DNA of 63,493 bases, counting the filler, from Basidiobolus ranarum (taxonomy: Eukaryota): the NCBI GenBank assembly GCA_040143965.1. It is 49 parts of 49 records of this genome, joined end to end, with 100 filler letters (N's around TTAATTAATTAA, not from the genome) between each part and the next. Parts side by side here need not be neighbours in the genome. Positions count along the whole stretch, not along the records: positions 37,722 to 38,918 come from JASJQH010006044.1; positions 39,019 to 40,214 come from JASJQH010006045.1; positions 40,315 to 41,510 come from JASJQH010006046.1; positions 41,611 to 42,806 come from JASJQH010006047.1; positions 42,907 to 44,101 come from JASJQH010006048.1; positions 44,202 to 45,396 come from JASJQH010006049.1; positions 45,497 to 46,690 come from JASJQH010006050.1; positions 46,791 to 47,984 come from JASJQH010006051.1; 41 more parts are not named here. One strand, 5' to 3'. The notes beneath the pieces were generated by a model. The model was not told the origin of the DNA and did not search any database. It saw nothing but the letters and a program-made list of their open reading frames with translations. Made by a program: the position numbers and the translations under genes. Positions 38,603 to 50,195 of the stretch are shown here, one piece after another; within the stretch, counting starts at the first letter, position 1; the number at the start of each line of letters is the position of its first letter.

Positions 38603-38806
38603 TAAGATTCTGCACTTAGCTGTTTCTTTGGTTCAGTCAAGTTCAAGACTTTTTATCCACCTTTCTCTTGGACACAACTTTACATCCTCTGAACTTGATT
38701 ACATTGGTCATCAAGTTAAGTATAGGTATTGTTGTGTCTAAGAGAAAAGTGGATAAAAAGTCTTGAACTTGACTGAACCAAAGAAACAGTTAAGTGCAGA
38801 ATCTTA
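38603..38806. repeat. 76-bp inverted repeat (3 mismatches) with 52-bp loop
   Basis: 38603-38678 versus the reverse complement of 38731-38806. Confidence 0.9.
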
Positions 38807-39018
38807 TAACTGTTTAAGCAGGATATATCAGCAGAGCAGATCTAACTAATATATGTCTTGGGAATAGCAGTTGGTTGCTATGTTACGGTAGAGAGTAGGT
38901 TTGCTAGGCAGCTAGGCTNNNNNNNNNNNNNNNNNNNNNNNNNNNNNNNNNNNNNNNNNNNNTTAATTAATTAANNNNNNNNNNNNNNNNNNNNNNNNNN
39001 NNNNNNNNNNNNNNNNNN

Positions 39019-40085
39019 CTATAATTCTGAAGATATTGGCATATAACTCCCACAGAATATGCAAAATCTACCCATGTTCCAACCAAGACATATATCAAAC
39101 TACCATCCATAGATTGATAAGGCAATTTCTGGCTTTCATTTGAATCCTGAAATTTCTAATTTGAGCCATTTTGGTCAAGTAAAGATTTGTCTCCATTGGG
39201 GTGGATACTGGGTTACATTCTTCCACTTTAAACTTCTTTAGTATATCTAGGATATACTTATACTGGTTTAAAGTTATTGTTTTGGTTGCTCTATCTATCT
39301 TAATTTGAATTCCAAGATAATATGTCAGCTCACCAAAAGCAGTCATTTTGCATTTGGCAGATAAGCTACATTTGGCTTTCTCCAAAGTCTTCAAGTCATT
39401 GGTTGCTATAATAAGGTCATCTACATATAATGCTAATAGAACTGGGTTTGTCTTATCTGGCCTGCTGTAGATACTATAGTAAGCATTACTTTTTTGGAAT
39501 TTCAGTGTTTGCAAAAAAGCATCTGTCTTGCTATTTGAAGCTCTCAGAGATTGTTTTAAGCCATAGAGTATTTTCTAGAGTCTGAAAACTTTTTTAGGGT
39601 TTTCTGGGTCCACAAATCCATCTGGCTGGTCCAAATAGATCTCCTCAGCAAGCTCACCATTCAAACAAAGGTGGTTTTAACATCCATTTGATGTATAATA
39701 AACCCATACTTAGCTGAAATTGCTAAAATCAATCTAATTGAATTAAACTTTGCTACAGGAGCAAAAGTTTCTGTATAATCTATTACTGGTGTTTGGGAGT
39801 AGCCTTTGGCTACTAGTCTAGCCTTGTACCCTTCTGTATTACCATCAGAGTTGTATTTAACTTTACACACCCATTGGAAGCCAATTGATTTTCTATCATC
39901 AGGTAAGTTGGTTAGAGTTCAAGTTTGATCATCAATCAATGCCTGGTACTCATCAGCCATTGCAGATCTCCAAAATTTTGTGTGAGGGCCATTCAGGGCC
40001 TTTTTTACAGTCTGGGGTTCATGTATTTGAGCTGTGCAGGTATAGGCCCACTTTTTGGACTCATTGACATAGTAATCAGGGCAGT
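39019..40085 (-). mobile_element. Copia reverse transcriptase fragment
   Basis: YKARLVAKGYSQ..IDYTETFAPV, QMDVKT, LYVDDL. Confidence 0.93.
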
Positions 40086-40498
40086 TTGAGCGGACTATTT
40101 ATACTTGTCTGTAGACTTCTCTCCATCCCTGTTCTCCAACCTTGAAACCCCCTCAAGGTTGGCATCCCTCTTATTCCCCATCTTTCCCAAGCTTCCCTGC
40201 CAAGGCAAAGGTACNNNNNNNNNNNNNNNNNNNNNNNNNNNNNNNNNNNNNNNNNNNNTTAATTAATTAANNNNNNNNNNNNNNNNNNNNNNNNNNNNNN
40301 NNNNNNNNNNNNNNCAAATTTGAGGAATAATATTTTAACATGTATGAATACTGTTAAGATACCATCAAGAACCCACCATTACACCATCAAAATCCCTGGC
40401 AGAATGCAAGCCAGCAATATTGTGACGGTTCTCTGATGGTTTTGCTATTTCAGAGGGTGGATCTGATCCGGATCAAATGGATTTTATTTTTGTTAGGG

Positions 40499-40830
40499 GA
40501 GTAATCATAGCAATTACTACCCACCAAGGAATGCTGATTGAACAAATGGATGTCAAGAGAACATTTCATAATGGAGAAATTGATGAAGATATATACATGG
40601 ATCAACCAGAGGGATATATTGCAAGAGGAAGAGAACATCAAGTATGCAAACTACAGAGAAGTCTATATGGTCTGAAACAGGCTCCTTGTGCATGGAATAC
40701 CAAAATCAATCCGATGTTCATAAAACATCTTTTCCATTGTAGCAAAGCTGATGACTGCATATACTTCAAGACTATCAAAGCCACCAAAGTGATAATTGCT
40801 CTCTATGTTGATGATATCATAATAGTTAAT
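40499..40830 (+). mobile_element. Copia RT fragment flanked by an EnSpm right end (40315-40498) and a Harbinger-like terminus
   Basis: QMDVK..F.NG.IDEDIYMDQPEG, SLYGLKQAP, LYVDDI. Confidence 0.9.
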
Positions 40831-41510
40831 AGACTTGTTCCATTTCAATGAGCCAGATCAGGCCAGCTAAAAAGTTTGCCAGCACAAATTGGCATGATTG
40901 GGCACTATCCGGCATGATGTTATTTACCGTTTTGGAAACAGTTTATTTTACTTATGTGGTATTTGTAAGAAAAGTACTTTTAGACATTATTGCACATTCA
41001 AAAGATGATGAAAACTTTATTCATGGTGTCTTAAGTCTAGAGCTCTCAATGGACATCTTTGAGTATGGATGTATTGAGAATTAATCAAGATTTTGACTAC
41101 TTTGCCTACCTTTGATTCAGGCTCACAAAATGATTTTCCTCCATACTTTCCTGCTACAATGCTATATCTCTTTAAGAAGCCAAAGCTATGTTCTACTCTT
41201 GCTCTAAAATGGGAAAAAATGTCATTATAAAGCTTTTGCCTCTCTGTGAGTATCCCTCCTCTGGGCCTCTTGTTAGCAGTGACACATCCTAGCCTTCTGC
41301 ATTCTTCCCCAACATATGCCAAATCAGCCATAGTCTTCTCATATCTTACAAATGGTGCATGCCTCTCAACCCAAAGCCTTTTGTCATGGTGTCTCCCTGG
41401 ATGTGGCCCACTAAACCAAATGATGTTTCCTTCCAAATCTGTCAAAGCCTGGAACTTTACACAGTGGGCTTTGTACTTGCCAGAATAGAATAGCTTTTGG
41501 TTGCTTTTGG
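40831..41510 (-). mobile_element. PIF/Harbinger-ISL2EU-like DNA transposon: DDE_Tnp_4-type transposase 3' half (stop 41017) and terminus
   Basis: FYSGKYKAHCVKFQ, G.IIW.SGPHPGRHHD, ADLAY, YN..FSHFRARVEHSFGFLK. Open frame. Confidence 0.85.
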
Positions 41511-41779
41511 NNNNNNNNNNNNNNNNNNNNNNNNNNNNNNNNNNNNNNNNNNNNTTAATTAATTAANNNNNNNNNNNNNNNNNNNNNNNNNNNNNNNNNN
41601 NNNNNNNNNNAGTTTTGAGAAAATAGTGAAAATTGGTAAAAGTGGTCTAATTGATATTTCTATCAATTTGAGCAATAAACACACGTTTTGAATAGCAGAA
41701 TTGAGTGCTAAATAATCAGAATATGAATAAACTAACTACTAAATAATGAGTTGCTATTTACCTAATATCAACAAACACT

Positions 41780-42806
41780 AGCCAAGTCTTCAAAGCAGTA
41801 CTCACCACCATCATCACTTTGTATTACCCTAATTTTTTGTGCTGATTCTTTCTCTATCACAGCTTTGTAGTGCTTGAATGTAGCTAAGGTCTCCTATTTT
41901 GATTTGAGAGACAAAACCTTAGTATATCTTGTTTTCTCATCAATAAAGGTCATAAAGTACTTTTTCCCTCCTAGTGAGCCATCTTTGATAGGCTAACATA
42001 GACCAGAATGCATTGGGCAAGATTCTGAGTGGATTTGACTGCTCCAGAGCTTGAAAATGGCTGTCTCTGATGTTTTCCATTTATGCAACATTCACACAGA
42101 TTAACTTTAGTGATATTTTTAACTTTTAAGCCTGAAACAAGCTGATTTCAGGTTATTTGTGTCCACTTTCACTCCCCAATGTGGCCTAATCATCTATGCC
42201 ATGTTTGACTGCTTAGTTCATGGGTTCTGGCCAAGTTTGCATGCTCAGTATGCAATTCGTGGATTTCTAGCTTGTATAAGTTTTGTGTTTTGATGCCAGT
42301 AGCTAAGTTGGTATTATTCTGTTCTGTGATAGCACATACAGCCTTGTGAAACAAAAATCTAGTCCTCGAGTTGTTGCTTGGCTTACTGAGAGTGGATTCT
42401 TGGCTATATTTAGTATATGGAATACATCATCCAATTTTGCAGATGTTGTAGCGGAGTTTTGGTTCAAATTGAGCGCAACTGTGCCCTTCCCAACTGCACC
42501 TAGTGCATAGTCATCACCTAAGTAGACTTTCCTTGTTTGGATAGGTTTTAAGCTAGAAAACCCATCTTTCTTGTGTGACATATGCTGGGAAGCTCCTCAA
42601 TCAGTGTACCACATTTCTGTGTCTTCTTTAGTGGTAACTGCTAGGGCAGACACAAATAGATGATCTCTATCAGTGCTTACTTGATTTGCTTGTTTCAATT
42701 TTAGCTTTTTGGCAAAAATCCTTTTTCTGCAATCTTTGATTAAATGGCCTGGTTTCTTGCAATACTTGCAGATGATTAATTTCCTAATAGGAGCACCATT
42801 ATTGAA
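41780..42806 (-). mobile_element. Copia zinc knuckle-protease-integrase fragment, degraded
   Basis: CKYCKKPGHLIKDC, WHR.LGH, FIDEKTRY. Confidence 0.85.
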
Positions 42807-43597
42807 NNNNNNNNNNNNNNNNNNNNNNNNNNNNNNNNNNNNNNNNNNNNTTAATTAATTAANNNNNNNNNNNNNNNNNNNNNNNNNNNNNNNNNNNNNN
42901 NNNNNNCTGAATTCCAATTAGAAATAAGAATGAACCGTATCAGTGGTTGTGCTCAAAAGTCAAACAACCCTAATGCCGGAAATGTTATGAATTAACAGTC
43001 AGCGTTAAGTTCATGGATGTGCTCAAAGTCAAACAACCTGAAGTTAAAACTGCTGTTATAAAAAAATTAAGGTTCCGTGGTGAATGGAACAGTGCATGCT
43101 TGGAAGAGGGGGAATATTAGAAAATAATTATCAGTCAACGAGCACAGCCCTTATATAGTATGGAGTGTGACTTCAAATCAGCAAGTATGAGGTGATTTGC
43201 AAGTACAGAAATAGAATTTGTTTCACCTATCCCTAATTAAGGATTCAACTCGTGATAGGGTGCGATATTTAAAGAGAGATATCATAGAGTGGGTAGGAAT
43301 CATCTGTCCTCACTCATGAATTCATACACGATCGATCCCCGCAAAGCATGGAGACAGTGGATTTCAGCTTTGATCTTACTAGTGGAGTGTAACCCCGTTT
43401 TTCTGGCTAAACTGCTCACTAGCCAGCAGCATCTCTTTGACTTCACCACTGAATATATTCCACTTGATGTAAATGGTAGTTTCTTACATTAGTCCTGCAA
43501 CTTCAGTGAGTACTCATCGTCGATTTTGTAGCCTCTGAAAGCAAACTGCATGTTTAATTATTTAAGCAATCGATTGTTCTCTGCTGAATACAAAGAT

Positions 43598-44101
43598 ATG
43601 CCAGATATTCACAAATTGCAAGCTATATGGCTGACCTATCGCCGATTCAAGATTAGAGAAAGAAATTATCGACGAAAAGGGTGTCAAGTTGAGGTACTTT
43701 TGTACTTGATTGGGACTTTGTTGACGTAGTATTCTAACTAAAATGTCAGGGTTTAACAAACTTTGTATGTCTATACGCTACTGTTGAAAGTGATTCATAT
43801 TGCTCACAATACGAAGATATTGTCCTATGTAAGCATCATCTTGACAATTTCCACATTATACAAACTCCTACTTTTCTTTTAAAGGATGATGCCATTGTTT
43901 TTGGAGTTATCCAATCCCCATTCTCAGACAATCACGCTGACGTATCTTTGCAAACGTTAAAGAATATCCCTCGTTATCGAAATAATCTCATTCGTAAATC
44001 CAGACGTATTGAGGGCCAAATGTTTGGTGTTGGTTTCCGAAGCCCTAGAGGAGGTAGGGTTGAAACAGGGATATCTCTTTATAGTATTCCTTGGAAAAAA
44101 A
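43598..44101 (+). CDS. Intron-containing host gene fragment (exons 43598-43693 and 43750-44101, possibly further upstream exons); weak TET/JBP-like resemblance
   Basis: GT...CTAAC...CAG intron at 43694-43749 in phase 0. Open frame to contig end containing GQMFGVGFR....G.....LY. Confidence 0.5.
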
Positions 44102-44201
44102 NNNNNNNNNNNNNNNNNNNNNNNNNNNNNNNNNNNNNNNNNNNNTTAATTAATTAANNNNNNNNNNNNNNNNNNNNNNNNNNNNNNNNNNNNNNNNNNN
44201 N

Positions 44202-44384
44202 ATTTTCTTGGCTTTGTTTACTTTGGGTTTGGAACGTTGAACAATGACTGAAAATCGAATTAGTAATCGTATTGCGGAAAAAAATCCCTCAATAAACTAG
44301 GTTACCTGGCTCGGGCTCTTCTTCTTCCTCTACTTCTATCTTCTTTCTAATTTGACGCTTTGTACCTCGTTTGATAAAACTCAT
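44202..44384 (-). CDS. Host gene 5' end, GCFC/PAXBP1/Ntr2-like N-terminus (exons 44384-44306, 44247-44202)
   Basis: MSFIKRGTKRQIRKKIEVEEEEEPEP/VIVQRSKPK. GT-AG intron with TACTAAT branch site. Confidence 0.5.
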
Positions 44385-44799
44385 TTCGACCGCTTTACTC
44401 AAGTTATGTACTAAAGAAAAGTAGTATCCAAATAAAATGGATATTAACTACATTCACTTAGTGTCACTTCTCTTTGGCTAGTATGCCAAAAAATCAATAT
44501 GGACCTGCGGAAGATCAATAATTACAGTTTATTCTAGAATAAATCGATAGGAAATATTTACGGATGGATTTCAGATAATATAAAATTGAATCATCTGAAG
44601 CACATTAAAATGAAGATACCAATCTAACGTACTCAGTTGATTTATTTATTAGATATCTCTTGGCTATTAAGCTGCTTCTGTTATTCAAGGTCTATAAACT
44701 AAAACCCCTAGGTCCTTACCATATAGCTTACTCCCGTAGATATTTGTCTTCTCAATAATACTCACTGGAATTCACGAATAAGGATAAACTGTTTTTAAA

Positions 44800-45396
44800 A
44801 TGTCTTCTCGTGCTTATAAAAAATTGATGAGAGAGAAAGAATTGAATGCTACCTTGGAGGTCGCAGAGATATCTAGTGAAGAGGAAGAACCAATTACTAC
44901 CAAACCAGTGATGAATGCATTTGCTATGGTGGGTTTTTAAGAAAGAATCTTAGTGTATTCAATTTACTAAACGATACTCTCGAATCCTTGATATTTTCTA
45001 CCTTATTTTCGGTGTACTTATAGCTGGGTGGAGATGATATTATTGATAGTGAAGAAGAAGAGGAGCTGGAGGACGAGGAAGAAAAAGCTAAAGTTGAAAT
45101 AGAGAAAGAGAACAAGGTATTTCCTACTCGAAATTTATTTTGTCGAAACACTCGGTTCTATCTTTGTGTTATCATACCTGGCCTTGTATCCTTTAATATT
45201 GAAAGTCTATTTTTTTCTTTCCCCAAATAAGGCTCCTTCGCCCAATCTCAACGGTTCAAAAAAGAAAAACAAGAAGAAGAACAAGTCCAAAGAAGTTACC
45301 CTACCTGTTACAGAATCCAAAAAACCCAATAAGAAAAAGAGAAAAAGGGAAAACTACAGCCTTCAGAATTAAGCTTAGAAGAGTTTGAGCAAGCCT
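44800..45396 (+). CDS. RQC1: RQC1/TCF25-like protein 5' end (exons 44800-44928, 45024-45116, 45232-45396)
   Basis: MSSRAYKKL...NAFAML, acidic stretch, then poly-Lys stretch. Two phase-0 GT-AG introns. Apparent 1-nt frameshift near 45335. Confidence 0.65.
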
Positions 45397-45496
45397 NNNN
45401 NNNNNNNNNNNNNNNNNNNNNNNNNNNNNNNNNNNNNNNNTTAATTAATTAANNNNNNNNNNNNNNNNNNNNNNNNNNNNNNNNNNNNNNNNNNNN

Positions 45497-46690
45497 ATAT
45501 TTGGCTGAAAGGGCCACAGAAATGCGATTTTCTTCATTGTTTTGGGTTGACTCAATATGAATGAGTGGACCAGGAGAAAATTGATTTTTGTCATAATCTG
45601 CAGTCATTTTGGGTGAACATTTTTCATTTTCAAAAGACAAAACATCCCTGTACTTGTTTAAATTGGAAGTTGTGGTATCATAGAGTCTGTAAGCTTTGTT
45701 TGAGTACAATAACCCAAAAATATACACTTCTTAGTTTTTGGATCAAATTTAAACCAATTTTAGTAAGGATATTGACATAAGCATGCATCCAAAGATCCTC
45801 ATATGTTTTACATCAGGTTTGACTCCAAACCAGGCTTGAGATGGTGTAGAATTAGACTGACTTCTAGTAAAGCTCCTATTATTCAGATAAATAGCTGTAG
45901 CAACACATTCTGCCCAAAGGTTATGAGATAAATTTTGTGCATTTACCATAGATCTTGCAATTTCTACTATAGTCCTGTTAGCTCTTTCAGCAACTACATT
46001 TTGTCAAAATGAATATGGGGCAGTAGTTTCTTGCTTAATTTGATGAACTTTGCAAAAGTGCTTAAATAGTGTTGAAGTATATTCTCCACCATTATCCATA
46101 TGTATTTTCTTGATTTTGGTTCCAGTTTCAGTCTCCACAAGTGTTTTAAAATCTCTAAAGCTAGAAAGAGCTTCTTTTTTTTTTTCCATGAAGTAGACCC
46201 AAGTATATCTTGTATAATCATCAATAAATTTGATTAATATCTTTTTCCACCTAAAGATAAATATTGTGTAGGTGCACACAAATGTGAATGAATTAGATCC
46301 AGTTTTTTGACAGATTTGACTAAACCAGTGCTCTTGAATGGTTGCCTGACTTGTTTTCCATTTCTACAACCCTTATATATTTCCATTTTGGTTGGGGGTT
46401 TATTTGAATTCCAGAAATTAGGCAATTTTAGGTCATTTGCTCAAATAATCAAATCCAATATGGCCATATATCTTATATCTTAAGTGAATTGTTGCTTAAT
46501 TGGAATAACTTATATTTACACATAAATCTCATGGATTATATGTAGGTTTGTATAATATTTGATCCTTTTCTCCCAAAGCTAAATGATTTCCATTTGTTCT
46601 GTGATGGTGCAGTCTGTCTTATCAAAATTGAATTTTAGACCTTCTGAGGTGGCCTTGCATACAGATATTAAGTTCTTGGCAATATCTGGA
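45497..46690 (-). mobile_element. Copia integrase fragment
   Basis: FIDDYTRYTWVYF, IHMDNGGEY, WAECVATAIYL. Confidence 0.92.
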
Positions 46691-46790
46691 NNNNNNNNNN
46701 NNNNNNNNNNNNNNNNNNNNNNNNNNNNNNNNNNTTAATTAATTAANNNNNNNNNNNNNNNNNNNNNNNNNNNNNNNNNNNNNNNNNNNN

Positions 46791-47455
46791 TGGTAGGCAA
46801 CACAGACAGCCATTTGTGGGCTCTGGAATGAGCAAAATTGATCAAAAATTGGGCCTGATACACTCAGATCTGTGTGGCCCAATGCAGACAAAATCCTTAG
46901 GTGGAAAAAGGTATTTTATGACCTTTATTGATGATAAGACAAAGTATACTTGGGTGTACTTTCTGGCCAGTAAGGATGAAGCCTTTGATACCTTCAAGAA
47001 GTTCAAAGCAATGGTGGAGACTGAAACAGGTCTAAAGATTAAGATTATCCATACTGATAATGGAGGGGAATATACCTCAAAACTCTTCTCTAACTTCTGC
47101 TCAACACATGGGATAAAACAGCAGACTACAGTGCCATATTCTCCACAGCAGAATGGAGTAGCAGAATGTGCAAACAGATCAATAATGGAAAAGGCAAGAT
47201 CAATGCTTCATGATCAAGATTTACCAAAACAGTTCTGGGCTGAATCGGTTGCAACTGCAGTATATATTAGGAATAGATGTCCTTCTAGGTCTCTATTGGC
47301 TATGACACCTTATCAAGCTTGGTTTGGAAGTAAACCTGATGTGGCTAATCTCAGAGTTTTTGGAAGTACCGCATATGCAATGATTCCAGACCAGAAGAGA
47401 TCAAAATTAGACCGAAAAAGCCAGAAATGTCTTTTTTTGGGATATTGTGATGATC
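46791..47455 (+). mobile_element. Copia integrase core, frame intact
   Basis: HSDLCGP, TDNGGEY, PQQNGVAE, KCLFLGY. Confidence 0.93.
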
Positions 47456-47984
47456 TTTGGTTCCTTTCTTCTCTTCTTCTTCATCTACTTTCAGACCTCC
47501 CTTCCATCAAACACAAAATACAGCTCAAGCTGATGACCCAATGCAAATTGATGGAACTTGCTTTAGAAAGCTTAGCCCTGAGGAGCAATATTGATGCCAA
47601 CAATAGAATTTATGCCTCTATTGTGGAGCTCCTGGACATATTGCAAGAACCTGTCCAAAGAAGAATCATGGATTTAAGATTAACAATATACAAGTACCAG
47701 AGAACTCCTCCCAACCCTTGGAAAACTTTAATGCCCAGCTGCAATAATGGGCATGCAGTTGGGCAAACCATCTTCAAAAATGTATCTTCACCATATATCA
47801 CAATCTCTGCAGTCATACAAATCATTAAAGCTGCCCATTACACTCCTGCTTCCAAATTCCAAGTCAATAAAAACAACTGCACTTCTTGATTCAGGTGCTT
47901 CCTCCTGTTTTATTGACTCTGCCTTTGTAAAATCACACTCTATCCCAACAATCAAGAAATCTAGTCCAGTCCTTGTAGAAGTAA
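47456..47984 (+). mobile_element. Ty3/gypsy gag 3' end, -1 frameshift signal and aspartic protease
   Basis: CLYCGAPGHIARTC knuckle, GGAAAAC at 47720, ALLDSGASSCFID in the -1 frame. Confidence 0.88.
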
Positions 47985-48084
47985 NNNNNNNNNNNNNNNN
48001 NNNNNNNNNNNNNNNNNNNNNNNNNNNNTTAATTAATTAANNNNNNNNNNNNNNNNNNNNNNNNNNNNNNNNNNNNNNNNNNNN

Positions 48085-49278
48085 TGGTTGAAGGGTCCAC
48101 AGGAATGCTATTTTCTACATTGCTTTGGTTTAAATCAATTTGAAAGATTGATCAGGAGAAAATTGATTTTTGTCATCATCTGAGGTCATTTTGGATGCAT
48201 ATTTTTCATCTTCATTAAACAAAACATCCCTGGACTTGATTAACTCAAATTTTGGTATCATAGAGTCTGTAGGCTATAGTTTGAGTACAATAACTCAGAA
48301 ATATGTATTTCTTAATTTTCGGATCAAATTTAGATGTATTTTTGGTCAAAACTTTGACATAAGCAATGCATCCTAAGATCCTCAAATATTTTACATCAGG
48401 TTTTACTCCAAACCAAGCTTGATACAGTGTAGTGTTAGACAGACTTTTAGTAAAACTCCTATTCTTCAGATAGAGAGCTGTAGTAACAGATTCCACCCCA
48501 CAGTTATGAAATAAATTTTGTGTATTTATCATCGTTCTTGCCATGTCTATTATAGTCCTGTTAGCTCTTTCAGCAACTCCATTTTGTTGAGGTGAATAGG
48601 GGGCAGTAGTTTCTTGCTTAATTCCATGAACTTTGCAAAAGTGCTTAAATAGTGTTGAAGTATATTTCAACCATTATCAGTACATATTTTCTTGATTTTA
48701 GTTCCAGTTTCAGTCTCCACAGGTTTTTAAAAATCTCCAAAGATAGAGAGAGCTTCTTTGCTTTCCATAAAGTAGACCCAAGTGTATCTTGTATAAGCAT
48801 CAATAAATGTGATTAAATATCTTTTTCCACCTAGAGATTAATTTTGTATAGGTTCACACAAATGTGAATGAATTAGATTCAATTTTTGATAGATTTAATT
48901 AAACCAGAGCTCTTCAACAGTTGCCTGGCTTGTTTTCCATATATACAACCCTCACAAATTTCCATTTTGGTTAGTGGGTTAATTTGAATTCCAGAAATTA
49001 GGCAATTTTGATCATTTGCCTAAATAATCAAATCCAATATGGCCAAATCTCTTGTGACATAATTGAATAGTTTCTTGATTGGAATAACTTATATTTACAC
49101 ACAAACCCCTTGGATTAGATGTAAGTTAGTATAAGTTCTGATCCTTTTCTCCCAGAGCTAAATAATTCCCATTTTGATCAGTGATAGTGCACCCTGACTT
49201 ATCAAAATTGAATTTTAGCCCTTCTGAGGTGGCCTTGCATACAGATATTAAATTCTTGGCAATATCTGGAACATGTAG
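48085..49278 (-). mobile_element. Copia integrase fragment
   Basis: PYSPQQNGVAERANRTI. Confidence 0.92.
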
Positions 49279-49403
49279 NNNNNNNNNNNNNNNNNNNNNN
49301 NNNNNNNNNNNNNNNNNNNNNNTTAATTAATTAANNNNNNNNNNNNNNNNNNNNNNNNNNNNNNNNNNNNNNNNNNNNAACAATCCTTAAATTTCTGTTA
49401 GGG

Positions 49404-50195
49404 ATTAAGAAGAAGGAAGATTTAAGTTGATTAAAATTATTGACCAGCAAGCCTTTACAATGGTATAGTTGTTTAGTGAGAAACCATCCAGTGCCAATGC
49501 AAATGCATGATCATATGTTTTCTCAAAAAAAACCTTGGCTTTTCAGATTCTGGTAGTGATATCCATCAAGTATATTGGTAATACCATCAGCTTTATGGTG
49601 GGTACTTTGGTATTGGATCAATGATCTATATTTGGGTAATTTCATCAAAACTTTAACACAGGGAATCAATGGTATGTAAGCCAAATATGAGCAATATTTA
49701 CCTGATTCAGTGATTGCAAATTGTGTGCAAGCAGTACAAGACTTCAGGTTTTTCAGATCACTGATGAAAGCCAAACAACCATTTGGACATGAAGGTAGTT
49801 TAGTTACTGAAGGATTATAAGTGATACAATTGACAAGTGATTTCCACTTGTACCAGGTCTGTGGCAAGCAACAGTTGCCAATCAACTGTGGTAAAAGTGT
49901 AAGAAAACCATAAACACCTGATTGCTAAGATTGGATTGAACTCTCCACTCCTCAATAAACAAAGCTGCTACCTTTACAGTAAGTGCTATGAGTGGACTAA
50001 TGTTTGCCAATAAAAAAGAGTTGGTAACAAAACCATTGTCTTCTTCTTCAACTTCTGCAATACTACCATCTGTACTGGAATAACCAAGGTCAACATCTAT
50101 CAGCAAGTACTCAAAGTTGTCTGGACTTACTGGCTTGACCAAACTTGCATTTTGACCTACAGCATTCTGGTCATATAACTTTAGTAACTCCATGA
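49404..50195 (-). mobile_element. EnSpm-type transposase fragment (left end of another copy at 49379-49403)
   Basis: Homologous to 7970-8750. Confidence 0.8.

Noticed and set aside
46816..47889. 357-aa ORF suggesting an integrase with a novel C-terminal extension
   Set aside because: Chance read-through from copia integrase into an out-of-frame gypsy gag 3' end at about 47455 (deletion, nesting or misassembly).
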